This document shows, piece by piece, positions 1 to 9,114 of a DNA stretch of 33,557 nucleotides. The notes under the pieces are model-generated. The model was not told the DNA's origin, did no database searches, and saw only the letters and a program-made list of their open reading frames with translations. The stretch covers positions 1 through 33,557 of the forward strand of contig JWZX01002071.1 of assembly GCA_001275005.1 (NCBI GenBank). The letters run 5' to 3'. The DNA is from Chrysochromulina tobinii (lineage: Eukaryota). A program made the translations under genes and the position numbers. How positions within the stretch are numbered: the stretch's first letter is position 1; every line of letters begins with the position of its first letter.

Positions 1-151
1 TCGTATTTCCGGCCCTACAGCTTACCAATGTCCTGTATGGTTCCGGTGAACAGTACGGAAGCATCGGAACGGGCCTTTGAGGCGCTGTTACGGCGCCGTG
101 AAGAGAAGATGGCCTTAACCCCGATTAAGCTGGTACCGGCATTTACCGGCC

Positions 152-1243
152 ATGCCGGAAGCGCAAGCAGTTGCGCTCACATTGAGCCAGCGCATAGTCA
201 TCGGGCTCGTGCCAGCCACCGTCCCAGCTCTCGTGCTCATTATTGCCCTCGGCATCGCGGTCGGCATCGGCGAGCTCCCAGAGTCGCTTGGAAACGCTTT
301 TGAACAAATCGCAGGCGGCGCGCTCCTCATCACGTACATGAAAGAGCTCTTCCCCAAGGTGATGGAGAGCGGCGATCCCGCGGTCGCTGCCATCATCAAA
401 GGCAGCACCGATAAGTCCACAGTCATGCACGCCAAGATTGCAGTCACCGTGCTGATCGTACTGAGCATTGCGACATCGGCCATCCTCCAGACAGCTGCGG
501 CCGGCTTCCCTGGCTTGAACCCTGAGGAATCGGGCTCGGGGGCAGGTGCCGAGAACAGCTTCACGCCGGCTGAAACAATCGCGTACTTTATCGGCTTCTT
601 CGTCGACGGCGTCGTCCTCGCGTATGACGACGAGCCGGTTGCCTGTGACCTATCGCTCGTGAAGAAGATGATCATGAGCCTTGTGTTCGCCATCGACAAT
701 CTGCTCGATGGTTTCGGCCTCGTGCCGGTGCTCAAGGAGGCTTTTGGCGAGTATTGGTGGGTCATCATGTTCGTATTCTCGGGCTGCGTCATTGCGGGCG
801 CACTCACGACTGCCATGCTGCGCCATTGCATCCCCTCGCCCCTCTTTCACACCTGCTTCCTCTCGCTGGCGACGACCTCGATCCTCGTCGGCGCGCTTGA
901 GCTCACCCCGCATGGCCTGAGCGTCTACGTGTGCGTCGGCATAGTCGCCGTGTGGGTCGTCCTCTTCGTCGGCGACCTCGTCTCCGAGAGCGACGAGGAA
1001 GAGGGCGATGTCCCCCATCTCGGCGCCCATGACCTCGCGGCCGAGCCGCACGCGCCTCCGTCCACTTCGCTTTGGAGCCCTTCGCACCAACAGTTCATCG
1101 CCGTGGTGGCCCAGAAGAAAGCGCAGCGCACTTGGCGTGTGAACACGACCGCGGTCGCCTTCCTCGGCGCAGCTCGGGGGCAGCGGGCCGACGCGGCGCG
1201 AAGACCCCCAGCGGAGGTACTCACCGCACCGCTCGTTGGCTGA
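152..1243 (+). CDS. ZIP (ZupT/SLC39)-like divalent metal transporter, multi-pass membrane protein
   Basis: 363-aa ORF with about 8 hydrophobic helices in a 3+5 arrangement. TM2-like 'QIAGGALLITYMKELFP', TM4-like 'FIGFFVDGVVLA' and TM5-like 'VFAIDNLLDGFGL' sit where ZIP metal-site helices are expected. Codon usage is GC3-rich. Confidence 0.7.
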   Translation: MPEAQAVALTLSQRIVIGLVPATVPALVLIIALGIAVGIGELPESLGNAFEQIAGGALLITYMKELFPKVMESGDPAVAAIIKGSTDKSTVMHAKIAVTVLIVLSIATSAILQTAAAGFPGLNPEESGSGAGAENSFTPAETIAYFIGFFVDGVVLAYDDEPVACDLSLVKKMIMSLVFAIDNLLDGFGLVPVLKEAFGEYWWVIMFVFSGCVIAGALTTAMLRHCIPSPLFHTCFLSLATTSILVGALELTPHGLSVYVCVGIVAVWVVLFVGDLVSESDEEEGDVPHLGAHDLAAEPHAPPSTSLWSPSHQQFIAVVAQKKAQRTWRVNTTAVAFLGAARGQRADAARRPPAEVLTAPLVG

Positions 1244-1862
1244 GCTCGTGGCAGGTGCAAGCAGAGGCTGGTGCCGAGGTCACTCAAAGGCCGAGTCCTT
1301 TTGGCTGGGGTGTCAATTAATGATGTCTCGTTGACGCGCTGGATCCACTCTTCGCCGGTGGGAGTTGATCCTACGAGGGATGTAACTCCCCTGCAAGGCT
1401 CGTTGCTCTTGTTGTTGTTCTCTGACGCTGTCATCTGAGGTGAGAGCGGCGCGCCGCGTGTCGTGCCGCAAGTTTCTATCTTGAACTTGAATCCTCGCAG
1501 GTGTTTTCGGACGGGACTGTGTGTGATATATTGCGATACATACCTATTCGCAAGCGCCAGCCTAGCTGATGGTAACGCTTGGTAGAATCGGTTAGAAACT
1601 CCGCCGGACCGTCCCCGGCCGCGGCCGGCCCGGCGGCGACGGCGCGGGGAAAACCGCGTCGGGACGACATGGTAACTATGACCCACCCGACGTATCGCAC
1701 GTTCGAACCGTGTAGGAACTGGGACGTGGTCAGGACGTGGGGACGTGAAACGAACCGTTCCGGCCAGCTGCCAGCTCTCGAAGCGGACGGGGGGCGGGAA
1801 GCTAACGAAGGGCGATCGGCGATCGGTCGTCCGGCGGTCCGCCAAGTCCGGCGCCGCGGCGG

Positions 1863-1937
1863 GGTACCGTTTTTCCCGTTGGTCGGCTGTACGGGCCGGC
1901 GGGCGCGGTACCGTTTTGCCCGTTGGTCGGCTGTACG
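1863..1937. repeat. 31-bp direct repeat (2 copies, 1 mismatch) in a CCGG/GTAC-rich intergenic island
   Basis: ggtaccgttttKcccgttggtcggctgtacg at 1863-1893 and 1907-1937. Confidence 0.9.
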
Positions 1938-2219
1938 AGCCGCGCAGCCGGTAGCGGTACGCGCCACCGTGCCAGCCCGCCCGGACGGGCACGGCGGGGA
2001 CGGCCGTCGGATGCGGCGATGCGCGTCAGGTCCGGATTCGCGTTCGGTCCAGAATCCGGTCCATGTGCAGCATTTTCCCAGGCCGGCGCGGCGGTGTCTC
2101 CCGCGTCCCTCTCCCTGAACACCTGTGCCGGGTCTGCAGTGGATGTGGGCTACAAAAAAGCCAATCAGACGTACTTCGAGAGCTCTCGAGACGTACTACG
2201 TGTAGTAAGACGAGATCTC

Positions 2220-4316
2220 TCAGAGCGTCTCGCCCACCAAAAGGCTGGGCGAGGACACCCTGCCCCACGTGCGCGTGCCGTACTTTGCGAGCAGGTCATC
2301 TACCATGACCGTGTAAGGCATGCCCGTTGGTACGGCGCCATCGCCGATGACCGCTATGTGGAAGGTGGGGCGCGAGTGGTTTCCCACATTAGCGCTCCCT
2401 CGATGCTGTACGGTGGACCAGTAGATGGTCACGTCGCCCGGCGAGACGAGGAACCGATGAGCGAGCACAGGAGGCTCCGCGACGTCATCAGCGGTCTGCC
2501 GGGCGTACTCAGCGTCGCCCTGGGCGTTCTCAGCATGGCCAAGGTCCTGTGCGACGCGCTGTCCTCTCTGATGGCTCCTCTCATCCATCATGGGGCTGAC
2601 GAAGCTGCCCGGCTGATGAAGGCTACTCGGGTGGTGATGACTGCCGGGGATGACTTCGAGAGGCCCCAAATCCTCTCCCACCTCGACCAGGGCAAGCTGG
2701 ATCTTGAGCGCCGCCCCCTCACACGCCCCGAGCCTCGGTGGCGACGTGTCCGCGTGGAAGGCTTGCGCCAAGGCGCCCGGCTCGCTGGTTAGGAAGCCAC
2801 ACTCGACGAGACGTACGGCCTTGGTTCCGAGCGCCGTCTCAAGCAGCGGCTGCGCAGGACCAGGACAGGACCAGGACAGGACCAGGGCAGAGGTCAGCGC
2901 ACATCCACTGACGATGGCAGAGGCACTCAGGTATCAGCTGCTGCATGACTGCAGCTCGCACTGGATGGGTCATCGGCACCGGGCGATCGGTGCGAGTCAA
3001 GTGACCATCAAGCTCGCCATCATGGCCATCAGGCTCATCATCATGGCCATTAGGCTCGTGCTCAGCAGCATCGCAATCGTGCACATCAGTGGACTCGCCT
3101 GCAGCTCCTCAAGAAGCCGCATGGCCACGCGGCCTGAGGGACCTTGCAGGAACGGCAGCGCGTGGTGCCGTCGCCGAAACGGCTGTCGAGTTGTCTCCGA
3201 GGTACCCTCAGAGGCCAATGGCCAGCCCTCGATCAGGCCGAGCACCTCGTCGCACAGCGCGCGTGACACGAGGCGCGGGATGAGGAGCACACCATGCTGC
3301 GCCAGCACACGTGCGGCCGGAAGGTGCCATTGGCCTGACGGGTGCATCCGAAGAGACTTGAACGATGGGAACTCACCTCGTGTGTGAGTGAGCACCGCGC
3401 CGCCCGCCGCGCCGCCGCCCGCCGCGCCACCGCCCGCCGCGCCGCCTGATGCCGCGTCACCGCCCGCCGCGCGCGCTGGCCGCACGTCGCCCCAAGTCGG
3501 AGGGAAGAGCGCGTGGATTTGTGCTCGCGAGCTACGCGGCAGGAGCTCCGCCGCTCGGGTGTAGCAATGCCGCGCTTCGTCTATGCGGCATAAGCGCTGC
3601 AGTGCCTCCCCTAAGCTGAGCATGGTCCGTCCGCTCTCTGGTGCCGCACGTGCGGCCTGCTCGAAGGCTAGGGCTGCCTTAGCAGTCGCGCCTTGCATGT
3701 GAAGGTACTCGCCGAGGTTGTGGAGCGTCTCGTGGTGCGCTGGGGCCACACGCAGTGCCGCGCGATAGCAGCGCACCGCCAGTCGCGCCGCGCCCTCGGA
3801 GAGCACTTCGTAGCCCATCACACGCGCCAGGCTTGAGTAGGACTCGATGTGGTGCGGCGCCAGCCGGATCGCGCGGCTTAGGCTCTCCACAGCGGCGCGC
3901 TTCTCGGCCTGCAGCGACAGGACGTCCCCCAGTTGCCAGTGCGCGTCGGCGTGGGACGGCGCGTATAGCACCGCCCTGCGCAGCGCGGCGGTCGCCTCGG
4001 CCAGCGAGCCTTCTTGTACGAGCGCAACGCCGAGCAGAAATGATGCCTCGGCTGAAGTCGGCAACAGCGCAGCGCTTTGGCGCAGCCAGAGCGATGGAGA
4101 CGCGTGGCGCATGGAAGCGGGGTCCTGCAAGGCAAGCCGACCCAGCCCAAGGTATGCCTGTCCAAGGCGAGGTGCGTGCGAGAGCGCTGCTTCGTAGGCC
4201 TCCGCGGCCGATCGCGTCCTGCTGAGCGCTGCATCCGCATCACCGATGCCGACAAGGTACGCAGCACGCACGGCCTCGGCGGCTCGGTCGGCAGTCTTCA
4301 GAGAGCGTGAAGCCAT
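2220..4316 (-). CDS. TPR-repeat + phytanoyl-CoA dioxygenase (PhyH)-family 2OG-Fe(II) oxygenase; exons 4316-3099 and 2849-2220
   Basis: Exon 1 has consecutive TPR-like repeats (e.g. 'ASFLLGVALVQEGSLAEATAALRRAVLYAPSHADAHWQLG') and then 'HGVLLIPRLVS'. Splicing gives '...LLEELQ|PLLETALG...SEPGALAQAFHAD...GPLEVIPGSH...GDVTIYWSTVQHRGSAN...SRP', containing the HxD...H facial triad and the 2OG-binding Arg. Confidence 0.85.
2850..3098 (-). other. GC-AG spliceosomal intron (249 nt, phase 0)
   Basis: Minus-strand donor CAG|GCGAGT, CTGAC branch-like site and acceptor tgcgcag|CCG. Removal joins two ORFs into a continuous PhyH domain. The intron contains short tandem repeats (caggac/cagga). Confidence 0.8.
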
Positions 4317-4542
4317 CGGATAGCGCCGAAAAGTTCGTGGAGATCGCTTAAATACTCACGTGGTTCGATGGAAGCGTGAGCGGGAGGACGACGAAGATCA
4401 CCAAAGTCTCTTTCATGTTGTGCGCTCGGATTTACTTCGTCAAGTTCCATTCTCTCCGCACCCGCAGTGAGCGCTATGGCGAGCGCGTCGACCACCACAA
4501 CCGTAAAGTTCAAGGTCGGGCAGTATATACAAATTCGGAGAG

Positions 4543-5499
4543 ATGTTCAAACTTGCCCGCGTCGGGGAGAACAGCGAACGGCCTGGCTTTGTCGAGTCGC
4601 ACTGTGTTTGGGTGCGCCCGATGGTGAGCAGCTCAAGAGAGCAAACTCTCCCTCTCGTCGTGAGCGTCTTTATCAAGCTTGACCACAAACTCGTCAAGCA
4701 CCCTTACAACTTTCAACACTCGGCCAATGTGCCAGCTCCTTACCTCATCTTCGGAACACCCATAGACGTGGAGAACATTGTGAAGATCCGGCAAGCACAA
4801 GGTCACACGACTGAGGTGCAGCCGCTCACTATGCGCGAGCTCGTCATAGGGTTGGCAGCATGGCTCAAGCGCGATCCGGAAGTCCTCGAGCGAGCCGCAC
4901 GCCACTCACAACTCGCTTCGCAGCAGTGGCAGGTCAGGCAGCCCGGCTACCAGCGCGCGGATCGCTTGCACTGCCCATCGTCGGAGATCCTGATCTGGCT
5001 CGCGAAGCTACATCTGATGTCTCGCGCCATGGACTTGCATCCGGAGCGGACACGCTTCGCCTACGTCGATGTTGGCTTCAACATCTATCGCGCCTCACGG
5101 GCGAAGCCGCCGCCCGCGCCATGGACGCTCTTCTGGCCGCGGAATGGTATTGCAGCCTTGCTGCACGAGGGCGCGTGCCACAACGCGCTGCGGGGGGCAA
5201 ATCACTCGACGTGCGTGGTCGGAACCTTTCTTTTCGGTGATCGAGCTGCATGGCAGCGGCTCAGCCGCAATTTTGGCGCGAGGACCGCGCGCCTCGTCGA
5301 CCAGGCCGCGGCGATCTCGCGACCCGCGGGAGCTAGAGAGGCGTGGCCGGTTGAGGCGGCCGTGCTGTGCGCGGACCAGGACGTGCTCACCGATGTGGCT
5401 CGAGACGAGCCGACCCTCTTCGAGTGGTTTGTGACCGACGGAGGAGGCTACGGATGGGGATGGGGCGGGGCGAGGCCCGCGCGCACCGCGGCCAATTAA
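4543..5499 (+). CDS. HtrL/YibB (WlaTC-like) putative glycosyltransferase family protein
   Basis: Motifs 'SSEILIWLAKLHLMSRAMDLHPERTRFAYVDVG', 'VVGTFLFGD' and 'ADQDVLT' match the family pattern (WxxK...A...P...F.W/YxDxG; GxxFxG; DQ). The start is uncertain (4543 or 4621). Confidence 0.65.
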   Translation: MFKLARVGENSERPGFVESHCVWVRPMVSSSREQTLPLVVSVFIKLDHKLVKHPYNFQHSANVPAPYLIFGTPIDVENIVKIRQAQGHTTEVQPLTMRELVIGLAAWLKRDPEVLERAARHSQLASQQWQVRQPGYQRADRLHCPSSEILIWLAKLHLMSRAMDLHPERTRFAYVDVGFNIYRASRAKPPPAPWTLFWPRNGIAALLHEGACHNALRGANHSTCVVGTFLFGDRAAWQRLSRNFGARTARLVDQAAAISRPAGAREAWPVEAAVLCADQDVLTDVARDEPTLFEWFVTDGGGYGWGWGGARPARTAAN

Positions 5500-5515
5500 C
5501 ATCTTTTCACTCTTC

Positions 5516-5791
5516 TCGTGCGCGTTGTGTTGAACAGCATCAGCAGCTTCGTGCGCGTTGTGTTGAACAGCAGCAGCAGCGCGACCCTATTGGTTTACTC
5601 TATGCCGCCGATTAACGGCCTGTGTAAACCTGTGTAATAGCAGGTTGTGTCGGCCACACCTCCGTCCATAGCGTTAGCGATAGAGGGCCGGGGCCCGGGC
5701 CCTCGTGCTTGGGGGTCCGGAGGTCGTGCGCGTTGTGTTGAACAGCATTGCAGTGCGCGTTGTGTGTTTCACAGCAGCAGCAGTAGCAGCA
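5516..5791. repeat. 24-bp direct repeat x3 plus one degenerate copy, mostly followed by CAG runs
   Basis: tcgtgcgcgttgtgttgaacagca at 5516, 5549 and 5724; degenerate gtgcgcgttgtgtgtttcacagcagcag at about 5753. Confidence 0.9.
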
Positions 5792-6069
5792 TCCTACGGA
5801 GGTCTAGTACCGGTAGCCCTAGTGACGAAACCCACTGGTTGCCTAATAAAGAGATGACGAAACCCTGCGAGGTCGGCAGCAGGATTCCAGGCTGGCAGAA
5901 GCGTGACCCGCGCCGCTCCACACACGCCTCTCGAAAGCAACCATGCAAGAGGGGTCCGCAACCTTTCAGCGGTGAGCTTGATCCCAGTCATTCAAGCAGA
6001 GGACCGCGCAGCACTTTGCGAGCGACGCGACTCGTGCGCGCCACGTCGGCTGGGCCGTTCCTCACAGGG

Positions 6070-7119
6070 ATGCGCACACATCTTGCTGGATTTACTGGGA
6101 TGTTGGTACTTGCTGTTATCACAGCACAGCAAACCGGTTCAACCACAGAGCCCATTCAGAGCGCTCGAAGTCGCCATTGCGCTGCATCAAAGTCCCTCAA
6201 CACACCGACTCGCATAGGCGGCTCGAACGGTGGCTTCCAGAACACTACGGGCTTGCAAGGCGCCAAAGGAGTGGTGACGAATTGGTATGATTACGTATGC
6301 CGCGGGGGCACTGGCCTTTTGCTGGAGCAAGCATGCACACAGAGTACAAACGGCATCGTGGCCTATGGTCAGAATTTCAGAATTCTTACTATCCAAGCTA
6401 TGGCAGTCGTCGACCTGATGGTGAAACAAGGAATGAAGCCCAGCTCCCGTGTTCTGGACATCGGCTGCGGCTGGGGCCGCATGGCAGCCTACATTGTACC
6501 TTTTCTCGATCCCACAGCTGGAGGCAGATATAGCGGCTTCGACCAAGACTGCGGCGAAATTCAAAAGGCCAAACAAATGCTTCGCAAGTGTGGTGATGGC
6601 ATGGACGCATCGTTCACTTGCACTCATTCGAAAAAAGAGAATCGATACCCGTTCGCGAATCAGAGCTTTGATCTCGTATTTGCATATGGAGCTATCGCCT
6701 TTGAAGCTCAATCTTGGACGGCCAAGAGGTTGCCAAGAAGCATCCTTCTGGAGCATCTGCAAGAGATTTCACGGACTCTGTCCCCGAGAGGAGTGGCCAT
6801 GATTTCCATCTACTTGGTGGATGAGTCGGTCGCAAAACGCTTCGACAGCGGCTTGCCCATCGACGCGTGGTACTTGAAGAAGAAGCGCTTGTTCCCTCAC
6901 AAAGAATCGAGGTTGTGTCCAGGGAGTTCGATCGACTGCTTGCCAGTATGGATGTCCGAGCGAGGGGATACTGGCTGGTCGAGACCCTTGCTGACCTCAC
7001 TGGCGCAATCCGTTGGGCTGAAGGTGCGTACCATCGTTCGAGGCGGATGGTCTCTTGCGCTCGAGGTTGTTGGCGATATTGACTATTTCGACGACTTCCT
7101 TGTTCTTGAGAAGCAGTAA
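6070..7119 (+). CDS. Class I SAM-dependent methyltransferase with predicted signal peptide
   Basis: Motif I 'VLDIGCGWGRMA', post-I 'YSGFD', 'YPFANQSFDLVFA', 'EISRTLSPRGVAMIS'. The ATG at 6070 gives a hydrophobic leader 'MRTHLAGFTGMLVLAVITAQQ'. The upstream ORF extension (from 5647) runs through repeats. Confidence 0.85.
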   Translation: MRTHLAGFTGMLVLAVITAQQTGSTTEPIQSARSRHCAASKSLNTPTRIGGSNGGFQNTTGLQGAKGVVTNWYDYVCRGGTGLLLEQACTQSTNGIVAYGQNFRILTIQAMAVVDLMVKQGMKPSSRVLDIGCGWGRMAAYIVPFLDPTAGGRYSGFDQDCGEIQKAKQMLRKCGDGMDASFTCTHSKKENRYPFANQSFDLVFAYGAIAFEAQSWTAKRLPRSILLEHLQEISRTLSPRGVAMISIYLVDESVAKRFDSGLPIDAWYLKKKRLFPHKESRLCPGSSIDCLPVWMSERGDTGWSRPLLTSLAQSVGLKVRTIVRGGWSLALEVVGDIDYFDDFLVLEKQ

Positions 7120-7606
7120 CGAGCAGTCCAAGGGTCAATTCCACAGGCAGTGGTGGCGCGAACTGTGCACGCTTCGAAGACCCGCGAACTAGATCAGTGT
7201 GTAAAATTTGAGGCAGTAAACTAAGAGTAACGCAGTATCGCCTTTTTACCGGACGATACAATCGTCAATGACAATCGTAAACAAAGCCTACTAGCCCAAG
7301 CCCGGTGCCGGACGGCGACGGGTCCGCCGCATACTGAGTTCAAAAAATCAGGCTCGGAGGGGATAGTGCATGGGATAGTGTGTGAATCCAGAAGGAATAC
7401 CTCTCCCTATCTCCTTTGGGTCAAAGGGAGGGGCGGGCCAAAGAGCGGCGTAAGCTTAGTTTTTTGTTACGCTCAACGCGTCTTTGCGGTCACTGTACAC
7501 TGAGCCGCGCTCTTTAACACTATTCAGACTATTCGGTTCGATTGGTCGGATTCGCTCAAGTCCTCAAGCCTTACATTCAAGCACAGCAGTCCCACTCTCA
7601 CCGCAC

Positions 7607-8353
7607 TCAGCCATCGTCATCGGTCACAAACGAGACCCGGCTCGCGCCGTTGCTTCGACTGCACTTTTGCCTCTTTTGCTTTCGGCTCGGGGCGTCCTCA
7701 GCAGCCACTTCGGCCATGCGCCCTGCCACCTTCGCACGCACTGGATCCCAATACGCGGACTGGGCTTCCACAGGTTGTGGCTGAGTCAGCGACCGCCTCG
7801 GGAGCTCTGGCGGCTTCAAGGGCTTCGCGGGCAGCTCCTCGTCAGTCTCCGCCTCAGCAAGCTGTTCCTTGAGCTCCTCCTCCCGCTGCTGCTGACGCCA
7901 GCGACTGCTGCTGCCTCCCATGCGGCGGCGCGCCCACGGCGCAGCGCGGGGTGCGGCACGCGCCGAGGCGGACTCTCGATAGGCTTCAAGTTCGAGCGGG
8001 CGGTGGAAATCCGACGAGGAAAGAATAGCTGTCCTGGCGAGCAGCTCGCCACTGAGCAGTGCGTTTCGCTGCTCCTCGGAAAGACCCGCGAGCAGCTCAG
8101 CGCCGTCGGCTACATAGGGTACCGTCGATTCGCGTGCCACGCTACTGGAGTGAAGAGCGCTGCCAGCCGCAACGGAGACTCGGGCGAAGACGCCGTCTCG
8201 AAAGCAAAGCACGGTCTCCGGCGGCGGCGGCGCAGGCTTCTTTGCCTTGCGCTGCTGGCGACCGACGCCCTTCACGTCGTTGAGCTTTTCCAGTTCGATG
8301 AGCTTGCCTCTGCAAAGCTCTTTCTCAGCGTTGTACATGTTCTCGTGCGACAT
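7607..8353 (-). CDS. Hypothetical protein (248 aa) with basic NLS-like patches
   Basis: ATG-initiated ORF with GC3-rich codons, 'RQQRKAKK' and 'SRKQKRQK', and a short coiled coil. No family recognised. Confidence 0.55.
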   Translation of the reverse strand: MSHENMYNAEKELCRGKLIELEKLNDVKGVGRQQRKAKKPAPPPPETVLCFRDGVFARVSVAAGSALHSSSVARESTVPYVADGAELLAGLSEEQRNALLSGELLARTAILSSSDFHRPLELEAYRESASARAAPRAAPWARRRMGGSSSRWRQQQREEELKEQLAEAETDEELPAKPLKPPELPRRSLTQPQPVEAQSAYWDPVRAKVAGRMAEVAAEDAPSRKQKRQKCSRSNGASRVSFVTDDDG

Positions 8354-8430
8354 GTGTGTAGCACTGGTGCACGCGCGGAGCGAGCAAGAGTGACGAGCCT
8401 GTGTTTCTGCTCTGTGTTTCGACGTGTGAA

Positions 8431-8570
8431 CGTTAACACGACAGACGCGACAACCGGTGCTACGGCACTGTTACTGCCCGCTCAGAATGTGTGTGAGCGA
8501 GCGGCGCGTGACCGTTAACACGACAGACGCGACAACCGGTGCTTCGGCACTGTTACTGCCCGCTCAGAAT
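8431..8570. repeat. 58-bp direct repeat (2 copies, 1 mismatch, 24-bp spacer) containing a cUNCGg hairpin
   Basis: cgttaacacgacagacgcgacaaccggtgctWcggcactgttactgcccgctcagaat at 8431-8488 and 8513-8570. Confidence 0.95.
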
Positions 8571-9114
8571 ACACACTCCTTACATGACCCCATGTTGTGT
8601 GGATAACTCTGGAGACTCTGGAATAATCGATTAAACACCGCACATGAAGAGGGTTGGGTGCAAGGGTTGGGGTACGTTCTTGCGCAAAACATGGCAAACA
8701 TGTTGCAAATGGAAATGCTGGGGTCCAGTCGAGAGTCGTCCACGACGATTCGATAATTCGTGGTCAGTGATTAAGCTAGCGCCGTGCGAGCTAGGAATAA
8801 GGGGGTCTCTATTGTCACACTGATGGCTACAAGTAACAAGACACAGTACACAGACCGCTCTCCAAAAGGAGATGAAAACCTTAACCGACCTGCCGTGACA
8901 TGCCGACAGCCCGAAGGGGTTTTGTCGGTCAGCGTCACAGGGTCAAACAAGGTTTGAACTTTGATTTCGAGCCTCGCAGTGTCGAACATGCGACCGCCTG
9001 TCTGGAAGCGTGCAGCCTCTGTCTGCTCAGCCTTATGATCGGCTACCATCAGCACGCCCATCGGCCGCAGAGGATCAGAGCGACTTTGCGGGCGGTGGCG
9101 GCTTCGGATCCAAA

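Noticed and set aside
925..2118. ORFs 925-1992(-), 1476-1967(-) and 1579-2118(+)
   Set aside because: Arg/Pro/Gly-rich translations of GC-rich repeat DNA with no domain signal.
5516..5747. CRISPR array from the 24-bp repeats
   Set aside because: Irregular spacing (9 and about 150 bp) and low-complexity spacers.
5647..6069. N-terminal extension of the methyltransferase ORF
   Set aside because: Non-ATG start that crosses repeats; the ATG at 6070 gives a clean signal peptide.
8255..8290. Helix-hairpin-helix motif 'KLNDVKGVG' in the 248-aa ORF
   Set aside because: Too short, and the following residues do not fit the second helix.
8431..8570. CRISPR-like repeat-spacer-repeat, or U6 snRNA 5' hairpin
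   Set aside because: Only two 58-bp copies, no cas genes and a eukaryotic context; no ACAGAGA box or U6 body follows.
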